Shown here in pieces: positions 22,376 to 33,600 of a stretch of DNA of 64,000 nucleotides. The position numbers were made by a program, and so were the translations under genes. The notes under the pieces were generated by a model. It did not search any database and had not been told where the DNA came from. It saw nothing but the letters and a program-made list of their open reading frames with translations. The number at the start of each line of letters is the position of its first letter. The stretch's first letter is position 1. The stretch is from Nitrosopumilaceae archaeon (GTDB taxonomy: Archaea > Thermoproteota > Nitrososphaeria > Nitrososphaerales > Nitrosopumilaceae), in assembly GCA_965209085.1 (NCBI GenBank), contig OZ242376.1, positions 704,001-768,000 of the forward strand, in the 5' to 3' direction.

Positions 22376-23001
22376 TTTTTACGTTTTCCCATGCGCTGAA
22401 GAATTTATAATATGTATCTTCGTAATTACTATTTTGAGATGTAATAATAATATTTGAATTACAAAATGATGAATTACTGACATCTATAGTGTTGGTATCT
22501 TCGGGTGTAAATATACAAACAGAACCAACATGTACACCCACAAGTACGGCGCCATCCCCATGATAAACAATAGGAGCCCCATTATCGCCAATTCTAGATT
22601 TATAATTGTCAATTCCCATTTCAGTGTATGTTCCTTGAATACTATCTATTGTTACGTTTTTGAAAACAAGACTCCCATCATTATTATTATATTGACCGTA
22701 TATGTTAATCGTGGACAAAACTTCCACGTCAGATAAAGTGCCATGAGTTACAGTGAATATAGTACCGTTTAACATTCGTACGTGGTTTAATGGTGCAGTT
22801 GTGTCACTATTACTTGTCCGAATAAATGCCGCGTCATAATTTCCAATAGTACCAATTCCATTCAATGTGGAAAATACTACTGTATTATTTAAATCACCTA
22901 TATGTGGTAATGGAATTACGTGCGTTGGTTCGTAAAAGTTGCGTGATGCGTTTATGGTATGACCTGCCACTACAACACCATGATGGCCATTAGTGGTTGT
23001 A
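22356..23001 (-). pseudogene. Chymotrypsin-fold (S1-like) protease domain, 5'-truncated by IS3, with the catalytic Ser replaced by Asn
   Basis: Motifs VVAGH, DAAFI, GDNGAP and GVHVG. The stop overlaps the serpin start by 20 nt. Confidence 0.7.
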
Positions 23002-24322
23002 TGGTGCGGACCCCTGTACAATGAGAACGTTTTTTGCATTAAAAATGATAGGATCGGAGGGCTTATTTTATCATTGCCCTCCGTGCGAGACCAAATTCTG
23101 ATGGCACCACACATCCTATTGCAGTGTACCTGGTTCTGATTGTAATCCTCAAAGGCGTATGATATTGCATTCTCTGCGTCCTGGAACGGCTCAAAGTCGC
23201 GCGGCCAGACATACTCTTTCTTGAGATTCTTGTGGAAGGATTCCACATGAGCATTTTGCTCTGACGTGTGATAGTGGATGAATTCCTGCCTCACACCGTA
23301 TACTTTTACAGCCTTGTCAAATTGCGCTAAAATATACTGGGAGCCGTTGTCGGTTCTTAAAACAAGCTTTGAGCAGTCTGGTTTCTTGGATGCCAAAGCT
23401 TCAGTTAATGCTGCAATTGCACCGTCGGTAATAGCTCTTGACTCAAACGCATATCCGACCCATTCGCGGGTAAATGCAAAGGATGTTGAATAGGTAACAC
23501 CATCTGTCCTGACCGCACCAAATGTACGTCATGTCAGCTTTCCAGAGCTGATCCGGTCCTGCAGGTTTTAGGCGCTTCCTTGAGCGAATAATCTCTTTTT
23601 TGGGTTTTGCAGACACACTCCGGCCCAGATAATGGTATATTTTCTTCACTTTTTTGCAGTTTACTGGTTTGCCTGTAATACGGGACATGGTGGCAGCCAT
23701 TCTTCGTGTTCCATATGTGGGTCTGCTCTGAGCAACCTGTTGCACCATCTTTGAGATTTCCTTGTCGATTTGAATAATGCGTGGTTTTTTCGGAGCGTAC
23801 AGCATATTGTTTGATATTCCGGTATAACGTATGGATTTGCGTGTACTGAGGCCTTGTTTTTGCATGAGGGTCAATGCTTTCATTTTGTGCTCTCCTCTAA
23901 CGTTTTTTTTAAAGCATCATTGGCTATGGTTAGATCTCCAATGATTCTCTTCAACTTGTCCATCTCATGATCGTGCTTTTTACTCTCATTACGATTATAC
24001 GGTTTTTTTATGCCTGCCTTGCCACATTCAAAGAATATGTCCCTCCACCGGGTAAAGGATGCCGGATTTATGTTATGTTTGCGACACAGTTCTGCAGGAG
24101 TGATGTGCGTGTTTATTGACTCCATGACGATACGCACCTTTTCGTCTGGAGCATGATGTGGTCTTTTCATTAGACCTCATGCATAATCATTAAAATCAGT
24201 CATTTTTATTCGTAAAAATTGTGAATTTGGTCCATTATGCATGAAGTCTATTGATGGATACCTCCAAGACTGGGTAAAATTTGTTTCACTTTGGGTGTTC
24301 TCATTTTATGGGGTCCACTCCA
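23002..24322 (-). mobile_element. IS3-family element (orfA 23880-24170; orfB from 23883, frameshifted)
   Basis: Ends are TGGTGCGGACCCC.TACAATGAGAAC and TGGAGTGGACCCCATAAAATGAGAAC. Motifs are WKADMTYI, TDNGSQY and NAHVESFH. Confidence 0.9.
24172..24249. mobile_element. 78-bp MITE with 16-bp TIRs and 3-bp target duplication
   Basis: ATT|AGACCTCATGCATAAT...ATTATGCATGAAGTCT|ATT. It is absent from the related IS3 left end at 50130-50272, and a second copy starts at 47039. Confidence 0.9.
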
Positions 24323-24592
24323 ATGCTTGATATCATATTTTGTATGCTAAAGGATAGGAGTGAATTTGAAATACATCATAGTTAAAGCAACAACCCGCGG
24401 GTTAGACTTTGGGGATGTTACCCCGGCTGCATAACTGCGGTAAGCTTTAACATGTAGATGAAGATGGTTGTGGGATTAAATCCTGAATGGATAGATGTCT
24501 TTTCATCTTTTGACTGGAAACAGACACATAGTGAAAGCCATACCGCATGACACAAAAAAGCAAGAAACCTTTAAAAAGTATTCACATGGATA
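24323..24592 (+). mobile_element. IS110/IS1111-type right-end relic (last 20 codons plus non-coding right end)
   Basis: MLDIIFCMLKDRSEFEIHHS* aligns with MLKVIYWLLKENRDFEQNYS* of element B. It ends in CACATGGATA like element B. Confidence 0.85.
24390..24510 (+). ncRNA. Putative bridge/seek RNA of the IS110 relic
   Basis: Two stem-internal loop-hairpin modules are conserved with 28415-28532 and show compensatory base changes. Confidence 0.75.
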
Positions 24593-24599
24593 AACTCTA

Positions 24600-25250
24600 T
24601 TATTCAAAGAGTTTATTCTTGCTAATCGTACTATCTTCGCCTATTAATCTATCACCATTTACTTTGTACATACCATACATGTCAGCCAAAGGCCACCATG
24701 CATCTGGAAAAATACGATGAGCTCTATCCACCATGATAAATACTTGATCTCCCTCATCATATAGTATCCTTGTAGAAGGAAATCTGCTTACAATCTCAAT
24801 TGTATCGTGTTCATATTCTTCTGTACCTCCTAGTATTTCATCAACATTGAGAAAATATTTAGTGTATGATAATTCACATCTAGATGTACAATTTTCTTTC
24901 GTGACTGTTCCTTTTTCCATCGAAGTTATTGTGCCGATCATTACGAGTTGTGCGTCATCTTTTATTTCATACGGATCTGTTGTAGTAAATGAACCAATAG
25001 ATACAATAGAGTTTGAATTAATTTCCGATGCATCAGTCAAATTCAATGCGTGTGGATTGTCACTTGAGGTTTCTGATTTTTTAGTATTTTTCAAATCATC
25101 ATTGTTCGTATGTATTTCCGAATTACTCGTATTCATGTTGTTGGCAGATACTAGTACATCATTACCAATTATGGTATCAGAACTGATAACAAAAACAACA
25201 GCTAGACCTGCAAACAATACGGTTAATGATAGTACAAGTTTTATATTCAT
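24600..25250 (-). CDS. Secreted or membrane-anchored hypothetical protein
   Basis: 216-aa ORF with an N-terminal hydrophobic helix followed by a low-complexity linker. Confidence 0.7.
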   Translation of the reverse strand: MNIKLVLSLTVLFAGLAVVFVISSDTIIGNDVLVSANNMNTSNSEIHTNNDDLKNTKKSETSSDNPHALNLTDASEINSNSIVSIGSFTTTDPYEIKDDAQLVMIGTITSMEKGTVTKENCTSRCELSYTKYFLNVDEILGGTEEYEHDTIEIVSRFPSTRILYDEGDQVFIMVDRAHRIFPDAWWPLADMYGMYKVNGDRLIGEDSTISKNKLFE

Positions 25251-25311
25251 TAGTACAACCTCATTGCGATCTTACGATCATCTTCATCGATATATGTGTT
25301 ATTATCATTCA

Positions 25312-26169
25312 GGCTCTGTCCATGAATAAAATCAAAAACATACCATAAAGCTTTTAGATCATGAACGTAAACAACCGAAAAAGCTTTGGATCAGTAGATC
25401 CGAGCCAATTTAATGAAATCAACAAAGCACAAACGACGAGGAAATCTTGCCAGATCATACCAAATGTTAACCTCGATTATAATGAAAGCAAAAAATCAAG
25501 TGATAAAGCCATGGAAACCAAGTCCGTTAGGACAAACCGGCTTTGACCACCTTGGGAATGACTGCGTGTATTGCCCTAAAAACAATGTAACAACTGTCAT
25601 ACGATGAACTCGTAGATTATCTTGAAGATTCACCACGTTTACTATCAATACTGGGCTTGAAAAGAGTGCCGTCAAGGTCGGCGTTGCAAGTAGCATCTAC
25701 TAGAATTGATGTACATTTCATCACATGAGTGATAAATTCTGCGAGCTGACCTGGAATGAAAGGTACGCTATACGGGGATTCTACAGGAATTGCAATAAAC
25801 GGGCATAACACATGGCTTGATGCAAAAAATGGATCAAGGTCCAGACGGGATTATCGCAAATTGCATATTGTAACTGCTGAAAACGGCATAATCATATCAT
25901 ATGATATTACCCATGCACGATGCCATGATGTACCAATATTTGAGCAAATATGTGGCACGCTGCCGCACGGTTCCGGCCACGTGATGCTTGATGCAGCATA
26001 TCTTTCACGTAATATATGCACGCTCATAGAAAAGATCGGACAAATTCCTGTAATAATGCCAAGAAAAGGTGTTCGCGTACGTGGATTTGACGCAATGGGA
26101 AAGATGCTTCGATGGCATCGTGATAATCCTGATGAATTTCGATCCACATACCACAAACGCAGCAACGTA
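25312..26169 (+). mobile_element. IS5-family (IS903-like) element, degraded and 3'-truncated
   Basis: TIR GGCTCTGTCCATGAAT. Motifs GDSTG, YRKLHI, HD, LDAAY and YHKRSNV, with internal stops. Highly similar to 46432-47038 and 52880-53433. Confidence 0.85.
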
Positions 26170-27145
26170 ACCATATGTGCCCAAGAAATCAAGGAATTCA
26201 GATGGTTGCTTAAATGATAAATCCGTATCAGTCAACAAACGCAAGCCCAAAAACAAAGCTCAAAATGCAAACAAAAACACTAGGGTGTTTAAGAGCAAGT
26301 CCATGTTTGTTGGAATTGACGCCCATAAAGAATTTCTCCAGATAGCAGCAATTGACGGCAAAGGCAAACTGATCTTAAACACGCGTGTTGAAAACAGACA
26401 CGCGGACATTAGAAAGTTTTTCCAAACAAGCATACCCGAGGGTTTAAAGATGGTAATGGAGTCATCATCTGTCTGGTACGGACTGTTCCGATACATGACC
26501 GACAGACTGGATCTTGATGTGATTCTCTCAAACCCATATCAGACAAAGGCCATTGCCGCATCCACTAAAAAAACAGACAAAGTTGATGCGCAAATTTTGG
26601 CAAATTTGCTGCGAGGAGGATATATCAACGAGTGCCATGTTCCAGGTAAAAAGATTGTAGAGCAAAGACAACTGGTCCGATACAGGCACAAACTTGTACA
26701 GGCGAGAACAAATATGAAAAATTCCATACATGGAATACTGCTCCAAAAAGGAATTAAAATTCCAGGACGTACGTTTTCGTACAAATACATTGCAAGCCTT
26801 TAAGCCATAAACGACTATCGAATAGACGGTTTTCTTGCATCCATTGGCCTTTATGATAATCAGATACAAAAAGCCAATGTACTGATCTACAAGAGTGCAC
26901 GTACAAGCCGGTATGCCGATATACTCAAAACTGTCCCCGGAATTGCAGATTTTACGGCATTAACGATTGCATCTGAGATTGATAATGTTGAGAGATTCTC
27001 TGATCCTGAAAAGCTAAAATCATACGCAGGACTTGCACCATCGGTCCGCAATTCTGCCAATCTCGTACATCATGGACACATAACAAAAAGAGGAAGCAGA
27101 ATGCTCAGGTGGGTTCTAGTTGAGGCAATACACTCGCACGTACTA

Positions 27146-28255
27146 TACCTGCAAGCATAAATTCGTTTAAAAATCCACCATTACACAGTAGCAACGTTTT
27201 TTGATCACGACATCGGAACCAATTCATGCAAGTTAGCAATGAGGATCTCCTCCAGGCTTATAATGACTGCAAAGATTCTCGCGTAGAAACAAGACTGCAT
27301 GCGATGTGTCTGGTGCAAATACGCGGCTACGACATACAAGAAACCGCGGATCTCGTATTCCGAACGTACCAGTTTGTACACAAATGGCACGTTCGATACG
27401 AAAAATACGGACTCATAGGCCTGGAGGAAGGGTCCTGATGCGGACGACCGCCAAAGATTTCACCAAATATCATGATGCAGATAGAAAAAAAGTTTACAAA
27501 AATCGGAACCATTACGCTTCCAAAGCAGGTCCGTGATTACATTAAAAATATGACAGGAATAACATATCATATTACGCATATATGCAGACTGATGCGGGAA
27601 TGGAAACTAAAATCAAAGGTACCGCAAAAAATACACGCTAATGCCTGCATCATACGCTGAGTGTTATGCATGGTATAGGCGCATAATGTGCATTATTGCC
27701 CACGAAATGGCAAGAGGGACAAAGATCTTTGTCCAGGATGAGACCATAGTGAGCAGTGATGGTAAACCGACTAAAAAATACTGGTGTAATGAGAATGAAC
27801 GTCCCATCTATACATGGAAGGGGGATCGCAGAAAATTCATAACATACGGAATGATTTCAGTTTCAGGGGAGAAATTTTTTAGATCATACGACAAGTTTGA
27901 TGGTCTGACGTTTTTATGATACATAAAAGATGCAGTAGCAAAATACGGCAGAATACTGGTAATCGTAGACAGAGCCCGGCAGCATAAAACGATAAAGCTT
28001 GAAGAATACATCAAAGAGAACAAGGATAAGATTCAGATAGAACACCTCCCAAGAGCATCACCACAACACAACACCATGGAGACGATCTGGCTTGTCGCCA
28101 AGCAGGATATGGATCATTCAGAATATTATCCCCAACTTGAAGAGAAGAGGGTTAGGTTTATGGAATATCTGCGTACGAGAAAACTGCCGGGTAATGTCAT
28201 TGATTATTTTAAACCAGAGTGGGTTAATTTTTAAACGAATTTATGATCTGGGGTA
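27146..28255 (+). mobile_element. IS630-family element (pseudogenised) inserted in the IS110-B transposase
   Basis: TIRs TACC......CATAAATTCGTTTAAAAAT with TA duplication (27144-45, 28256-57). Removing it restores HVLHAPKSD. Motifs QDET, VDRA and NTMETIW. Confidence 0.92.
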
Positions 28256-28414
28256 TACATGCACCAAAAAGTGACATTTCAATATTTTACAAGCGGCTTG
28301 CAAGAAAGAGAGGAAACTCCAAGGCTGCAGTTGCAGCAGCTGGAAAAATGCTAAAGGTGATTTACTGGTTACTAAAGGAGAATCGGGATTTTGAACAAAA
28401 TTACAGTTAGTTGC

Positions 28415-28532
28415 ACGACCGCGGCGCAGTATATGGAGATAGTGCTCCGAGATTGTAACTGCGGTAAGCTCTAACAAGTGGATGAAGATGGTTGTGGGGA
28501 TAATGCCCCGAATGGATATATGTCTCTCATTC
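28415..28532 (+). ncRNA. Putative bridge/seek RNA of IS110 element B
   Basis: The target-loop guide CGCAGTATA is complementary to the right junction. The donor-loop guides AGATGGTTG and AATGGATA match the element's own ends. Confidence 0.8.
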
Positions 28533-28617
28533 TTTAATTGGAAAAATAGCCCCTAGTGGATACTGTACAAAAATATGGAAAAACGCAAGGAATACTTAAA
28601 AAAGAGGCACATGGATA

Positions 28618-29733
28618 TACTGCGGATCAAAAGTAACTGCAATCTACAGCTTTTCTCATAACAAAATCCATTATTGATACTTTGAATCGTACAGTTCTAA
28701 AATATTCTGAAATTGTATATTTCATATTCTCAAATGTTTCATAATATTCAGTGACGGCCAACGCACGTTTGGCCTGATACCAACATTCTTCAACGGCACT
28801 CAGAAACGGTGAACTTGTAGGGAAAAACAAAAGCTTTACCTCATCTTTATTCTCAGATATATATTTTTTAATAATTTTGGATTTTCTGTGTTGTGCAGCT
28901 CTATCCGTAATTATGCAAATTTTTCCAAATTTTTGATGAGCCATTTTTAAAAACTTGAGAAATGATTTTGCATCAAACAAATCATAGCTTGCAAACATCT
29001 GCCTGCCATCAGATAAGAATAATCCAAAGACAACAACTTTTTTGTGAAAACCTGTGGATTTTACGTAACAATTTTTGCTTATTTCAATCCAGAGTTTCTT
29101 GCCGGATAATGAATCGTATTTTATTATACATTCATCCTGAACGCCTACTGCAAATCCACGCTCTTCAAGTAGGCGTATTTGACGCCTAGTGTTTTGCGAC
29201 CAGTTGTAGCAGACTGATGCCGGCGCTGCATTGACATGAATTCTTTTTGGAGCCTTGCTGACAAATGAGAATTTGTGAAGTCTTTTTCTGATGTTTGATA
29301 TGTGATATTTTACTTCGGTTTTGCGTTTAATGTTGTGCATTACCTGTTTTGGATCAACTGAACCGTTCTCTCGTCTTGTCATGTCAATAATTTTTTTAAA
29401 TCGTATATTTGATAATAATAAAGGCCTGCCCGATTTGGGCAGGGTTTTAAGACCGTCTAATCCAAGCTCGTCATATCGTTGCATGCATTCTTTGCCCCAG
29501 TTGTAGCTTTTCATCAATAATTCAGAAGCTTTAGCTATGGATATGTTTTGGTATTTGACCATGCTTACAAGATATATTTTTGATATCTCTTTTCTGTCTT
29601 TGACATGCCTGCTTGCATTATACAGTTCCTGATGTTCTTTGTTCATGATTGATTCATACCCGAGGTGATCCAAATATCTTGCGGTTACATTGTGTCTAGA
29701 GTCATAAATTGCAGTTACTTTTGCGTGTCAGTA
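28618..29733 (-). mobile_element. IS630-family element with an intact-looking transposase (28627-29673)
   Basis: TIRs TACTG.....CAAAAGTAACTGCAAT flanked by TA on both sides. Single 348-aa ORF with QDE, TDRA and SP...AVEECW. Confidence 0.92.
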
Positions 29734-29735
29734 TA

Positions 29736-30028
29736 GTACGCAGGATTTGGCACCTCCTGTACTAGTATCTGCCATTTCAACAACCACAACTGAAATAATC
29801 CTCACGTTTAGCGAACCGATAACTGAGCAATCTGGCAATGAGATAAACTATGCAATAACAGGAGCAGAGATCCGGGACATTACAAAGATCGGCTCAAATA
29901 CTGTGTTAATATCTGCAAGCCCGTTCATTATTGCAATAGTTCAGACTGCCCCCCTCTCAAACATACAGGACTTTTCTGGCAACACCGCAGAAAGAGGGTT
30001 AGACCAGAACGTCTTTAAAAGTGGTTAA
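29736..30028 (+). pseudogene. C-terminal fragment of a surface protein (Ig-like domain) cut by IS630
   Basis: APPVLVSA...IILTFSEPI...IQDFSGN is Ig-like. It has no proper start and abuts the IS end. Confidence 0.55.
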
Positions 30029-30617
30029 AGATAACCCATGTATGAGATCCGCACCTCGTGCTAATTTGTGCCTACATCTTCATTTATTGCATAAATTCTA
30101 GGCATGATGTGACCTCATACTAACACATCATCTAGTAGTAAAACTACACCCGTATGGAACTGCATCTAAAAAATCTCATACTGTAAGAAAAACTATACCT
30201 GAATTGCTTGCATCAAAAACGATCAAGATAAACGCATACGATACACGTAGTTTTTTGCAGCAATATGGGGGGCTCTAATGGAGCGCAGATTGTCGATTCA
30301 AAAGATACCGTTACAATCCTGCCTGAAATTAAACGCCAACCAAAATTCCTCGCATTTTGTAAAACCTGTAAAACACATCCGTAAACCCTGTAAATCCGGC
30401 ATAAAAAACAAAAGATTTGATCTGCAAACCGTAGATTCACTCTATAATTTTGATCGCAAACTCTTCAAAAAACTCTCAATTACACACTAGAGAATTCACA
30501 TTTTACCTGACTGCGTATTTTCCAAAGCCGTGTGCAAATAACAGCCAACATTTTGTCGCCAATAGTCAAAAAATATTGTTTATCATAGTCTATGATACGG
30601 TACATCGTATACAATAC

Positions 30618-33600
30618 ATGGTACACATCCGTAAAGTGGAGATATTTGGTTTCAAATCGTTTGGTTTTCGCAATACGGTTGTGGATTTTAGACCCGGACT
30701 TGTTTCAATATCCGGACCCAACGGTTCGGGAAAAAGCAACATACTTGATGCGATCATATTTGCAAGCGGCGAGATGCGCCCAAAAGTAATGAGAGTCGAT
30801 AAAATCCGATCCCTCATACACGATGTCTCATCCTCTGGCGGGGGTTCCCGCATGGCCCGGGTGAGCGTCCATTTTGATAATTCAGACAGAAAGATACCCT
30901 TTGATTCAGACTCTGTAGAGATAACGCGCGAGCTCTCCCCTGACGGTGAGAATACCTATTACATTAACAAGAAAAAAACCCAGCGAACGCACGTGGTGGA
31001 CCTGCTAGAGATGGCAAACGCGGGACTGCACCAGCTAAACGCGGTCCAGCAGGGAACTGTCACGAGGATATCTGAATTTACCGCCGAGGAAAAACGCCAC
31101 GCCATAGAGGATTTGGTGGGCATGTCAATGTTTGATGAGAAAAAAACAGCGGCACAAAACCAGCTAGAAGCGGCTGATAACAAACTCAACGTGGCGTTTG
31201 CCACAATGGTGCAGATAAAAAAACAGATAGATGATTTGGAATTGCAAAGAAATCTGCAGATGCGGCATGTCTATATGCAAAACGAGCTTGCAAGACTGCA
31301 GGCAGAGTCTGCTGCCGGAAAAATCTACCGCCTAAATAACACAAAACAGGAAAAATCGCAGACACTCCTGTCAGTATCCGAAGAGATAAACTCTACCAAA
31401 GAAAATCTTGGAAAAATACGCGCAGTAATAAAAACAGTAGAGGATGAAAAATCTCAATTTCTTGCAAAGATGAACGAGTATAATAGGGAAAAAGCGCAGA
31501 CTGACAAACAACTAGCCGATGCTATGGGATCCTTTGAGGAGACGCGCGCAATCCTTGCGGTTTCAAAAAAACGCACAGACCAGATTGATGCGCGCACAAA
31601 CGATCTACACATACAGTCTAAAAATGCAGCAAAACTCAAAGATGAAGCAAAATCAAACCTGCATACAAAACATGAATCACTTGAAAAACTTGAATCAGAA
31701 AAAAAACGCATCGCAGGCAATGTTACATCATCTGATGAGCGCCGAATGAAAATACTGCAAAGACAGTCAGCTGAATCTGAGCGCCGTCGGCAAGTGGATG
31801 AAAAACTGCAAGAGATGACCTCTGCATTTCATGATGAGGAGCTAGCGGCAATAAAGGCTAAAAACACACTCTCAGAGTATGATGCAAAAATTAACACAAA
31901 CAAAACAAAAATGACACAATGCATGCAAAACATTGAAAAACTGCAAAATCTAAAAAACAGCGTATCTGCCATTTGGCAGGGACGAAAAGATGATGTGCAG
32001 AAAATCACATCTTATTTGAACTCATTAAAGGCCAAAAAGGCAAAAGCTGAACGCGATTTGGAGGATTTGGAGATTATACTTGAAAAATCCACCAAAGCTG
32101 GAGCCAAATACGACTCAAAGATACAAACGGTACGCAATTTTATGCACGAGGATTATTCGGTTGCAAAGCTAAAAGAGCACGCAACCCGGCTTGGAATACT
32201 TGGATTGGTGTACGAGCTTCTTTCATGGGATAAGGAATACGAGCGGGCAATCATGGCTTCTGGCTCTGAGTGGATAAAGGCAATCGTGGTAAAAGATTTT
32301 GAAACTTTAGTGGCGTTAGCTGAGCATGTTCGGGCACAAAAACTGCCCAAAGTCAAGATAATCCCTCTTGATGCACTCACCACTATAGGGAATGCAAATT
32401 CAGAGGGCGGGCCACACCGGATGCTCTCATCTCATATACGGTGCTCAAATGATCACCGATATTTGGCAGAATTTTTATTTGGAAGTATAGCCGTGGTCAA
32501 ATCCAACAAAGAGGCCTTTGAGGCTTCAAACTCTGGATACAAGGTGGTTACGATGGATGGCAACTTTGTACAGCCACACTCGTCCGGCGTTGTAATTGAC
32601 ATAAACTCCCGTATCTCAAAAATTGCTAGAATAATCTCAATGAGCATGTCAGTTCAGGGGCTGCTTGAATCAGTATCAGTGCTGAAAAAACATACAATTT
32701 CTAAAAAATCTGCCATACAAAAGGCATCTTTGAGAATCTCTGAGAGAGAAGCCCTGCTTCGTACCTTAGTATCTGGAATGGAAAAAGCACAGGGCAGCGG
32801 GGCAGACTTGGAAGATAGCATTAAAAACGCCTCCACACTGTACAATTCAATCAAAGAGCGCATGAATGTAATTGATAAAGAGCGCGCCTCCTCTCAGATG
32901 CAAATGAGCGAGTGCGCTCCAAAACTGGAGTCATTAAAATCTGAAATTTCATCCTTGAAAGTGAGCCGTACTGGAATTGACATTGAATCAATAGAGGCAG
33001 ATTTGCAAAAAGCAAACAAGGAAAAATCAGTAATTAATGTACAATACTCTGCCATACTTGAAGAGTATGGCAGCATCTTTGCATTATCTGCCAAACTTGA
33101 CGCTGAAATTTTACGGCACGATGAGTCAATATCACTTGCAGAAAAAGAAATGCAATCGCTTGCATCTGAGAAAATAACACTCTCTGAGCGTATCATATCA
33201 CTTGACGTACAATTAATTGATCAAAATAAAATCCTAGTATCGCTGCGCGAGGGCGAGCAGCGGCTCATTGAGGGACAGGGCGGTTCAGCTTCTGAGATTG
33301 AGGTGTATGATGAGCAGACGCAGCAGATGCGCATAAAGGAGAATGAATTTACAGATTCCAAGACAAAGGCTGTGCGGCGCTCAGATGGCCTAAACCGTGA
33401 CATCTCCGAGTTGTCCATAAGAGTTGATGCACTCAAAAAGGCGCTAAACTCATACCGCGGGGAGATTGCATACGATCCAAACTTTGATCCGGAACCTTTG
33501 CTGCGAGGATTGGATGCTGAACTGCGCACCCTTGGGGATTTGAATGCGACAGCTCCTGCCACATACGTGGAGATATCTACTGGATACCGTTCAATGTCCA

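Larger units (their letters stand above)
26168..28617 (+). mobile_element. IS110-family (IS1111-like) element B; transposase about 26303-28410, broken by one TAA (26801) and an IS630 insertion
   Basis: Motifs FVGIDAHK, MESS, KTDKVDA and YAGLAPSVRNS...GHITKRGS. Subterminal inverted repeats ATGTGCC (26175-26181) and GGCACAT (28606-28612), with a TA core at both ends. Confidence 0.9.

Noticed and set aside
22356-23396. 346-aa integrase-protease fusion protein
   Set aside because: It is a chance read-through from frameshifted IS3 orfB across the IS end into the truncated protease.
26801-26803. Stop-codon recoding in the IS110-B transposase
   Set aside because: A single TAA in a gene already broken by IS630 is most simply a nonsense mutation.
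30450-30617. N-terminal extension of SMC (likewise for TBP 40340-40429 and GT2 35905-36150)
   Set aside because: These come from upstream alternative-start calls. Family homology begins downstream.
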